In this document: positions 11,877-21,998 of the stretch, piece after piece | How the letters are laid out: the number at the start of each line of letters is the position of its first letter | Position numbering within the stretch: the first letter of the stretch is position 1 | DNA from: Octopus sinensis | Taxonomy: Eukaryota | Direction: 5' to 3' | DNA: 64,000 nucleotides | NCBI RefSeq assembly: GCF_006345805.1 | Contig: NC_042999.1 | Location: forward strand, 130,882,001-130,946,000 | Position numbers and translations under genes: made by a program | The notes under the pieces: model-generated | Told to the model about the DNA's origin: nothing | Database searches by the model: none | Seen by the model: the letters and a program-made list of their open reading frames with translations, nothing else

Positions 11877-13338
11877 TTCTCTTTATCACAGGTTTTGTTT
11901 GGAGCTCTTGCAGATGCAGCAGAGTGGAAACACTTGCTCATCCTAAGGTTGACCCTCCAGTTTGCGGCCAAAGCTTGGTCCTGCCAGTATAGTGCTCTCA
12001 GTCTCCTTTTTTAGGGTTTCTTTCATCAGCCAATCCCACTTATTTTTCCAGCAACTTCTGTTGTGGCTACATGGAAATGATTGTGTAGTTGCTTGTTGTG
12101 TAATTCTTCTTCATGTCCTTTTTGTACTTCTTCCTTTGTTTTTCCCCTTTTTTCTTGCTCTTAATACTCCCTCATTCCTAACGGTCAGTAGCAAGATTTC
12201 CTTACTTTGGGCTAGGTATCTCATTAAGCTCTTGAGTTCAATACGCATGCAGTCTTCCATACCTATCAGTCCCCTTTCTCCATTTACTCTCTTCATGTAT
12301 AGGCAATCAGTGTCTGCACATGGATGATGGGCTCCATGCATCATTAGGAGCTTTCTTGACTTCCTATCCATCTCCTTTAGCTCCTCCTCTGTCCACTTCA
12401 GGATTCCAGTGCCATACCAAATTACTGAAACTGCATGTGAGTCAATTGCCAAAATTATGTTTCTGGCATTCAGCTTTGAAGTCAATATTTTTCTCGCTCA
12501 CCACAGGTACTCTCTTTTTGTCTTTTCCATCATGCCGTGGTGCTTGATTCTATCTGCGTCAAGTATTCTCACATATTTTTAACTGGATTGAGGTTGAATT
12601 GCCTTCATCATTTCACCACTTGGCAGCTATATACCTTCTGTCCTGGCAAGCTTTCCTCATCTCATCACCATAGTAGCAGATTTTGAGAGTTCAAACTTAA
12701 TATCATTGGAGAAAATCTGCACAGACTGGACTAGGCTGTCCAGTTCTGCCTCAGTTTTTGTGAACAGTTTCAGGTTGTCCATGAATAGCAAGTGGTTTAG
12801 TTTTCCTTTACCCCTACATTGTTTTCTGTAGTATTTCACTCAAGGGGATCATTCCCAGCATGAATATCAGTGGAGACACACTGTCGCCTTGGAAGATTCC
12901 TCTCCTGATTTTCACCTCTCCTAGTACTTGCTTCCCTGCTGTCAATTCCGTTCTCCAGCATTTCATGCTATTCCATATAAGGCTTCTCATAGTCTCTGCT
13001 ACTTCATACATTTCCATTGTTCTTATTATCCAGGAGTGTGGCATCATATTGTATGCTTTGCAATAGTCAACCCATGCCATGCTTAGGTTTGTATATCTTC
13101 TTTTGGAGTTCCTGATAATTAGATTATCAATTAAGAGCTCCTTTTTCGGCACCCCTTCTGATCAACGGGTAGCAGCCCACTTTTTCCCAAGTATCTATTA
13201 CAGTTCACTGGGCAAAACACCTGACATTAGTTTCCACATTAGCGGAAGGCATGTTATTGGTCTAATGTTTGATGCAACATTTCCTTTTTCAGGATCCTTG
13301 GCACATAACAATGTCTTTCCCTTTGTCATCCAGTTGGG
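11850..13338 (-). mobile_element. R4/Dong-like non-LTR element (RT fragments, 5'-truncated, C-terminus largely deleted), (AAT)n tail
   Basis: [67 protein letters not shown]; frameshifted. Confidence 0.85.
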
Positions 13339-15125
13339 TATTATTATTATTATTCAGTAGTTTTATTTTTATAACGTGCTTGCCTTCACTTCACTACTGA
13401 GTGCAGCTCTGGTGCACCTTGGGTATGTGCTGTGGTTTGCTGTGATGCTCTTATGGTTACTGTATTGAAAGTGTTTTGTGTAGGATGTGTGCAGTGCCCA
13501 GTAGTGCAATTTTCTGTAGCATATATTTGTAAGTCTTGGTGTTTGTGATATGTATTTGTCTGAATATTTGTTATCATACCTAATGCGCCTACTATTGTAG
13601 GAATTGTTTCTGTTTTTAGATTCCACATTCGAGTTACCTCTATCTCCAGGTCTTTGTATTTTGAAAGTTTCTCCCTTTCTTTTAGAGAAATGTTGTTATC
13701 TGCCGGTATTGATACATCAATTAGAAAGCATTTTTTTCTTCATGATCTCTGACAACTATATCTGGCCTATTAGCCTTAATTTCTCTATTTGTGTGTATTG
13801 GTATATCCCATAGTATGGTTGCTTTCTCGTTTTCTGTGACCTTTTCTGTCATGTGCTTATACCATCTTTTTTCTGTTGTTATTCCATAGTGTTGGCATAG
13901 CTTCCTTCTTAGCCAGGACTGGGCAGCCAGAGATAATGTGATTTATTGTTTCTTGTCCATCTCCACATATTCTGCAGTTACTTGCTTTGTTTCTTTTCAT
14001 TATATGTTTTTGGTAATTTCTGGTGGGGAGACTTTGGTCTTGTGCTACAATTAAAAATCCTTCAGTCTCTGCTTTGAGTCCTGAGCTTCTCAACCATTGC
14101 TGGGATTTTTCTCTGTCTATTTCTTTTGTGTTTAGTTTAGCCCAGTACTTGCCATGAAGGGGCTTTTCTTGCCATCATTTTATCAAGGTCTGTTGCTGTT
14201 CTAGTTTTAGTTTGGATTTCATTTGTTTTATAGCTTTTGTTGTTTCTTCTTCTTCATATTTGTTAGGTAGTATGACTTCTTGTTTGTATTTGTCAGTTTC
14301 CTTAAATACTGAAAAGAGTTTTTTGTTTTGCTCATGTTTTGCCGCTATTTGTATTAGTTTTCCTAGCTTCTGAAGTAGATATTTTTGCAGTCTTATGGTG
14401 GTTATTTTATAATAGTTTTTCAGCTGTATAAGGCCTCTACCACCTTCTATACATTGTATATATAGCCTTTCTACGTTAGATTTTGGGTGGCGCATCCTAG
14501 ATCTTGTCATTATTTTTCTTGTTCTCCTGTCTATTTTGGTTAATTCATTTAGTGTCCAGTTGTAACTTATAACTGGGACGGCTAAAGTGTTAATACCTAT
14601 TATCTTGTTTTTAGCATTGAGCTCTGTTTTCAGTATTGATCTAACTCATCTATAGTATTCTTTTTTTATTTTCTCTTTCATTCATGTGTGTTGTATCGTA
14701 TCTAGTTCATTGATTACTAAATATTTGTATATCTGACTTTGGTCTAATTCTCTTATTTCATTGGCTTTGTCTAGTGTGATGTTGCTACTCTTAACTAGTT
14801 TTCCACTTTTCAAGGTTGCTTTGGCACATTTTTCTAAGCCAAATTTCATATCTATGTCTTTGGTAAATCTATGAACTGTCTGTAGTAGTGTTTCCAGCTG
14901 TTTATCATTTGTAGCGTATAGTTTTAGGTCATCCATATATAAGAGGTAGCTGATTGTTTTGCCGTAACATTTGTATCCGCATCGAACTCTGTTTAGCATG
15001 TCAGATAAAGGTGTCAGTGCCCAGCAGAAAAGGAGTGGAGAGAGCGTGTCTCCCTGGAATATTCCTCTTCTAATGGGGGTGGCTTTGGTTTTTATGAGTT
15101 TCTCTTTTGTTTGAAGCTGTAGCAC
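13339..15125 (-). mobile_element. Second R4/Dong-like element: RT C-terminal half, CCHC finger and restriction-like endonuclease, (AAT)n tail
   Basis: GIFQGDTLSPLLF, LLYMDDLKLY; CRICGDGQETINHIISGC; LWDIPIHTNREIKANRPDIVV...LIDVSIP...KYKDLEIEVTRMWNLK (PD..D RLE motif); frameshifts. Confidence 0.9.
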
Positions 15126-15153
15126 TGTCAGCCATTTTTTTCATAGTGTCTTA

Positions 15154-15193
<40 letters not shown>

Positions 15194-15200
15194 TATTATT

Positions 15201-16655
15201 GCATGGGTGGGGTCGTGATCCATTTGGATCAATTGAAAGCTTTTGATATCTATACTCAGAGGCTGTCCTCAAGGCAGTTTTGGTCCCTTTTTCAGAGTTG
15301 GATCCCTGCAATGTACAGCAACATCTGTTCGGTATTCAATGTAAATGGCCAACTCTCAAAATCATTTAGTATTGCATGTTCAGTTTGTCAAGGATGCCCG
15401 CTCTCATTCCTTATCTACATACTGGCACTTGAGCCATTACTGCAGAAGCTGGAGGTTTTGAGGGGTATCCTGCATGAACTGGGGTACAGAAGGTTTGTGT
15501 TGGCATATGCGGACAATGTCACTGTGATGGCATCAGGCATCTCAGAAACTGAGATGGTCAGCACTACTCAAAGGGAATACAAAGTGGTGACAAGAGCAAT
15601 GGTCAACCAGGAGAAGTCAGTGAGCCTGCAGCTCAGAACCTGGAGAGGCAGGCCCATGTCAACCAACAGGATGGTGGGGTGCTGGAAGGAAGGACCTGTT
15701 AAGTTGCTTGGGGTCTGGTTCGGTCTGGATCTCCAAGTGGACAAGAACTGGGGCAAGGTGGCCAGTCTCACCTAGAAATGGGCCGAGAGGAAGCTGTCCC
15801 TGAAAGATCGAGCAGAGGTGGCAAATGCATACATTACATCCTTCATATACTACCACCTGACTCATCTCTTGTTCTGCTTTGTGGCTGAACAGGCTGGTGT
15901 GTTTGCTCTTCCACTTCCTGTGGAGGGGTCAGGTACCATTTGTAATATGGTCAATTTGCTGTCAACACCTGCTGCATGGCAGACTGGACATGCCGTGGCT
16001 GAGGATGTGCAGACATGTGCTGAGGCTGCAACATCTCCAGTGATACCTTAATGGTGAGCAGGTGTGGTCGCTATTTGTTGAATGCCCTTTTCTGCAGCTC
16101 GTCTCCTTGATGGAGCTACAGTCCTAGATCAGGTGTAGACCAAGTCAGGGTGCTTGGCACCTAGAGTGTCTCCAAGTGCTCACAGCCCATGGCAAGTTGG
16201 GCAATGCAGTCAGTGGAGAAGACGAAAGGGGTTGAAGACGAGTACCTGCCTCTTTGGCCAAGGCCTCATTGACTTTTTCAGGTTCCACCTGAAAAGGAAA
16301 GTGAGGCTGTAGAGAGAGGCACTGTTACTCAGTAAGTTCGTTGAAAGGTGGGTGAATGTGGCAAGAATGGCCCACGTGAATGGGCCTACTCTAAGTGTGC
16401 ACCTGTAGGCCGGATGGAAGGGAGAAGAGAGGGTGCCTTCTTGAGGAGCTGTTGGAGTTAAGGGATCCAAAGAGTATGAGGTCTCTTTGATCACCTTATA
16501 GTGGAACTCCCCACCAACTGGGGATGCATATTTTTGATTTAATCTCTTTGTTAATTGTGTTTGTTTGCTATTTACACATTTAATATCACTGTCCCTCGTC
16601 TGTGTATTGTCTTCTATGTTTTGTGTTTGGCCCTGGTGGCAATACAAGAAGTATT
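15201..16655 (+). mobile_element. 5'-truncated L1/Tx1-clade LINE (RT and 3' region) between (ATT)n tracts
   Basis: HLDQLKAFD, VCQGCPLSFLIY, LAYADNV, VKLLGVWFG in ORF 15107-15775; stops downstream. Confidence 0.85.
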
Positions 16656-16657
16656 AA

Positions 16658-16694
<37 letters not shown>

Positions 16695-16696
<2 letters not shown>

Positions 16697-17150
16697 GGCA
16701 GCGAGCTGGCAGAATCATTACCATGCCAGGCAAAATGCCTAGTGGTATTTCGTCTACCGCTATGTTCTGAGTTCAAATTCCACCAAGGTTGACTTTGCCT
16801 TTCATCCTTTCAGGATCAATAAATTAAGTACCAGTGAAACATTGGGGTCGATGTAATCAACTAGTCTCCTCCCACCAAATTTTAGGTATTGTGCCTATAG
16901 TAGAAAGGATCATTATTATTATTAAGGCAGCAAGCTAGCAGAATTTTTAGCCCGCCAGGCGAAATGCTTAGCGGTACTTTATCTGCCGCTATGGTCTGAG
17001 TTCAAATTCTACCAAGGTCCACTTTGCCTTTCATCCTGTCAAGGTTGATAAATTAAGTACCAGTGAAACACTAGGGTCGATGTAATCAACTAGTCCCCTC
17101 CCCACAAATTTCAGGCCTTGTACTTATAGTAGAAAGAATTATTATTATTA

Positions 17151-17195
<45 letters not shown>

Positions 17196-17295
17196 GGCAG
17201 CAAGCTGGCAGAATCATTAGCAAGCTGTAATTGACTAACCTCTCTCTCAAAATTCCAGGCCTTGTTCCTTTTTTTTTAGAAAGAATTATTATTGT
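16695..17295 (+). mobile_element. Head-to-tail array of three tRNA-derived SINEs (third internally deleted), each ending in (ATT)n
   Basis: aggcagc(g/a)agct(g/a)gcagaatc heads at about 16696, 16925 and 17194; shared body. Confidence 0.9.
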
Positions 17296-17793
17296 TAGGA
17301 TGTTCTACAGAAGGCTGTAGAGCAGGTATGAACTCATTTACATATTTTCAAACCTTGTAGTCATATGCTTATACATACAAAACCTGCTTTTCCTTCCTAA
17401 TTATAAATATATATATATAATACACTTGTCAGATTCTTAATTTCATTTCCTGTTATTTACTTTCTTGGTTTTATTTTCCCACCAGGTAACATTCCCCTGT
17501 TACTTAAAAAATTATTCTACTCTGTGAGTTTACTCACAAGTTCATTGTCATTATTTAAGGATTGTACAACATTGTGAAGCAAACTCAAATTTATTTTATA
17601 TCAAAGGTATAATTCAATATGAGAACCACATAGTTTCTAAATAGAAAATACATCAAAATATATTACAATCAACTTACACTAATATATTCTAAATCTACTT
17701 TCTAAATCAATATTACAATTAAAGCATTATCTTATTTGTTGTTTCCTTACTTAACCTTTTTGTTAATATATTTCTGTTAACACATACTGCCTT

Positions 17794-18096
17794 ATGCCAC
17801 TACATCATATGCTACGGGCATATGGTGTAGTGGTTAAGAGCGCGAGCTACTAACCCCAAGATTCTGAGTTTGATTCCAAGCAGTGACCTGAACAATAATA
17901 ATAATAATAATAATTATAATAATAATAATAATGATGATGATGATAATAACATCGAAAAATACCTTAGGAATGAGAACCCAGGTTCGAAATTTCCCCAAGA
18001 CACCTGAAGAAGGTTGGAGGGTATATCAGCTGAAACGTGTTAACAACAAACAAGATGAGGACAAATATTCGTTAAATGTAAATAATGTAAATAATG
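17794..18096 (+). mobile_element. tRNA-headed, hammerhead-containing short retroelement (copy A) with 13-bp TSD
   Basis: A box tggtgtagtgg, B box gagtttgattcc, (AAT)n, hammerhead-like module, (aatgtaaat)n end. cacatactgcctt at 17781-17793 and 18097-18109. Confidence 0.85.
17999..18041 (+). ncRNA. Minimal type I hammerhead ribozyme motif (degenerate copy)
   Basis: GACAC-CUGAAGA-A-GGUUG...CAGCU-GAAACG-UGUU. Three-copy consensus restores stem II GGCUG/CAGCC, GAAACGUU and stem I GACAC/GUGUU. Confidence 0.6.
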
Positions 18097-18669
18097 CACA
18101 TACTGCCTTTGTTTCAATCAATTTTTAAAATAATGAAGAATTTAATAAAATAACTTTCTTTTGATGGAAGCATATAATTTAGACCACATTAAAATGGTAA
18201 GTCTGTGTTGTAGAACCAGGGGCAGTCTTAGGTGGGTTGGTATCAAAAGGGTTGATGGTAGGTATGCTCTGAATGAGATTTAACTGCTATTTCTTCCAAC
18301 TCGAGTGACTACGTAGATCACCTCATCAGGTTTATGTGGCTGCTTTTTTTAATTAGAGGATGACAGGAAAAAACAAAGAGAAAACAATCAGTGATTCAAT
18401 AGTTTACTGTTATTTGTTGGTAGACAGATTAAATTCTCTCACAAGAATAATTAGATAAGTGTACATGACCATGATAGGAGTATTCTTTAACTTTCTTTCC
18501 AGTTTGTACCTGGAACAATCTAAAACTGCTCTGTCTGCATTTAAATATAATGTTTTGGTATTTGGAGTAACACACAGACACACACATCCATGATTTTACT
18601 TAGCTTGGGCATGTCTTCTCAACCAAAGTAAACCTCCAGAAATATCAGTCCTTTGTTATCTCCAGTATA

Positions 18670-18686
18670 TTACATACATACATACA

Positions 18687-18771
<85 letters not shown>

Positions 18772-18800
18772 GGGTTGGACAAAATAATAGGAACACCTAG
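18670..18800 (+). repeat. (TACA)n/(TA)n microsatellite followed by Tc1-like terminal inverted repeat fragment
   Basis: ta-caggggttggacaaaataataggaacacc at 18767-18800. Confidence 0.5.
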
Positions 18801-19155
18801 CATCATAGCATCATAATTTTGAAATAGCTATAAAACCGTCAAAAGCTTGTTTATTTTTTTTTGTTTTTTGATTTATTATTAGTGTTGCTTAATATGTTTT
18901 GCTAAAATTGCTGTTTCTTTTCAGATATCAGAAAAAGGTCATTAAAATTCATTAAAATGACAGGTCCATCGGACTTTCAAAGAGGCAGCAGCAACAGTAA
19001 CAGCAGTGGTCGTGTGGCCATGATGATGATGAGGAGGAGGAGGATGAGGATTCCTATAATTTCTTTACAGCTAAAGGGCTTTCAAATACTTTAATTTATT
19101 TCATTCCTTTTAATTCCTGCATTGTTGTGCATAAATATATATTGTTTAACATATG

Positions 19156-19273
19156 GCTTACGGCAAAATCACATTGAAAGCACCAGTTCTCGTCTGATCA
19201 TCGAAGTTAAGCAACGTCGAGCCTAGTTAGTACTTAGATGGGTGACTGCTTGGGAAACCTAGGTGCTGTAAGC
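19156..19273 (+). pseudogene. 5S rRNA pseudogene (full length, CpG-decayed)
   Basis: gcttacggc...gaaagcaccagttctcgtctgatcatcgaagttaagcaacgtcgagcctagttagtacttagatgggtgactgcttggg...ggtgctgtaagc matches metazoan 5S. No oligo-T terminator; many transitions. Confidence 0.92.
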
Positions 19274-19959
19274 GTCACACATTGTTTAAATGGCAGTGCA
19301 TCAGCATGGCTGCAGCTCTGAGCTAAAACTAAAGAAAAATATATATATTGATATTCTAAACACAATATATGACTACCTGTTGATACAATCTGTGCCATCT
19401 CTTGGTACAATGCTGGCTGGTAATAAACAACACACAATAAACAATGCCCAGAGATATTTAAATATATATGTGTGTGTGTGTATGCAAGTATGCATATATG
19501 TGTGTTTGTGTGTGTGTGTATGCATACATGCATGTTTGTGTGTGTGTGTATGTATGTATGTATGTATGTATGCAAGTGTTGTATCTGTTTCACAAGATAC
19601 ATTTCAATGAGTTTAAAGACCCATTGAAAAGACTAAAAATCTGTAGTGAAAGACTTCTGACAAACTAATCACTTCATAAAGAAGTAAACCACAACCAACA
19701 CAAGTGTTTCTGTTTGCAGAATGATCTTTCATCTGTGTGTGTGTATGTGTGTATGTGTGTGTGTGTGTGCACACATGTGTGAAGCTGAGAGGTTCAAAGC
19801 TTTAAACCTGGAATTTTATGAAGTATTACTGTGAGTTTGTCATTGTTCTAATATATAAATTTCTATATAAAAAAATACGAAAGTGAAGCAGTTATTTCAC
19901 AGAAATTAAAAAGGGTTCTTCCCAAAATAAGTGTGATTGATTATACAAATAATGGTTTC

Positions 19960-20150
19960 AAATTTTGACACAAGGCCAGCAATTTCATGGCAGGGTGTTA
20001 GTTGATTACATTGCCTCAGTACTCAACTCAATTATTTTATCAACACCAACTGGTACTTAATTTATCAATTCCGAAAGGATGAAAGGCAAAGTCAACATCA
20101 GCGGAATTTGAACTCAGACAGACGAAATGCCGCTAAGTATTTTGCCCGGC
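19960..20150 (-). mobile_element. tRNA-derived SINE (family of 16695-17295)
   Basis: ggatgaaaggcaaagtcaac...gcggaatttgaactcag is the reverse complement of the family body and B box. Confidence 0.8.
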
Positions 20151-21309
20151 AAATTGACTATACAAGATTAGAGTAAAAAATGAGAAGATCTTTCTTTAGA
20201 CAAACACATTTCTTGATAACAACCTCCACCTAATTTCACGTACTAACTGTTCCACTTTTGCTTTTTTCAACATAGAAATTTATAGATTGGAACAATAACA
20301 AATTCTCTACATGGTTGCTAAACTCCCAGTTTTTTTTTGTGGGGTGGGGGTGCACATAGATGTATACGGATAGCATTTTTGGTTTTAACTATCATATGCT
20401 ATAAGATTTATTCCATTAACTGGCACTGAGCCCTCTGCATAGCATGCAGCAGACCTTGTTTTATATATAAATATCAACTACAGGTATAACTCCGTTTGTG
20501 TGTGTGTGTATATACGCACACATGCATGCACACACACACACACATGCACACCAATATTCACACACAGATACAGTATTGCGGTGGTAGGCCATATTTACTG
20601 CAAACACAGAAAACTCATGTTGATGATGGGAGACATAACTGCACCAACAGTGGAAAGAAAGGTTATACCTATTATGGAAAAGTGGGGGAGGTAGCTAGGG
20701 TTATACTTACTATAAATTGATGCAAAAGAGGAACAAAAAAGAGTTTAGATCAGGCGATACCCATTGTAAAAGTATGGGGGTGGTGATGATGGTGCAGCTG
20801 CTACTGTAGCTGCAACTGCTGCTTCTGTTGATAGTGGTGGTGTTAATGCTGGTGGTGAAGAGATAGGATTGTACTTACAGTACAGGTAAGAGAGAAAGAG
20901 AGGAGACAATTTCTTTTGTAAAAGTGATTATGATGAAATGAGTGATATAGGACCACACCCATTATATTTTAGAGGGGAAATAGGATATTAACAAAAAATA
21001 AGTGTGTTAGTGTATCATACTTTCCTTTTAGATGAATAATAAGTCATGATTTTATCAGACGCTAGCTAAAATACCTGGCATCGCATGGACTAAGTTGATA
21101 AGGAATTATCGTTAATGTTGCTATATAGTTTACTTGAATGCAAAAGCTTCCAGATAAACCACAGGCAGTAGATCAGACCAAGTAATCTAAATAACATTTT
21201 TTTAATATTTTAGAAAGTTTCTTTGGATTCCTGCTTTAAACAGCAAATTACAATTCTGCAAAAGAAAAAAAAAGTTGCAAATTTTCCAATGGAATGTTTT
21301 GAAATCTGT

Positions 21310-21530
21310 TTAACACTTTAGCATTCACATGGTTCTGTCAAAAGTAATGGTTATTTATTCACATTGTTTTGAATTAATCCTGCATTATCTCATAGATTTT
21401 GATGAGGTAACTGTTAATTTTTAGAATAATATTGTAGGGTTGGTGTGCAAGGTCACATCTGGCCTGTTTGAACATAAAGTAGGTAGAATAATTTGGCTGG
21501 ATGTGGCCAGTTTAAATGCTAAAGGATTCA
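21310..21530. mobile_element. piggyBac-type MITE (degenerate)
   Basis: ttaa-cactttagcatt ... aatgctaaagga-ttca. Confidence 0.5.
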
Positions 21531-21795
21531 CCCTAAAACTGAATCCTACTCCTAAATTCTAAAGTCTAAGCTCTAAAACTTAACTTTGTCCTCAAATAAT
21601 AACTCATAATTCTTGACCCTAAAGCTTAGCCCTCTAGTATTAGAATCATAGTTCCTTGTATTTAAAACAGAATTCTGAAAAAAAAAATCTCTAAGAAATC
21701 AATTCAAAACTGGAAATGTTATGTCTGGTTGTATCCCCAGCATTGAAGGGAGAAAATGAAAAATGAGAAAAAAAATAATTTGAAACTTTGAAAAA

Positions 21796-21998
21796 GTGGC
21801 TCTGTGGTAAGAAGCATATTAGGTATAGGATTGGCTGTGTAGTATGAAGTTTGCTTCCCAACCACATGATTCCAGGTTCAGTCCCACTGCATGGCACCTT
21901 GGGCATGTGTCTTCTACTATAGCCTCAGGCCGACCAAAGCCTTGTGAGTGGATTTGGTAGATGGAAATTGAAAGAAGCCTGTCATATATATATATATG
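21796..21998 (+). mobile_element. CORE-type SINE 5' half (interrupted by RTE)
   Basis: Matches the 5' half of 6842-7235 up to the central (TA)n. Confidence 0.85.

Noticed and set aside
17816-17890. SINE heads as genuine tRNA genes
   Set aside because: No complete cloverleaf or Pol III terminator; fused to repeat bodies and multi-copy.
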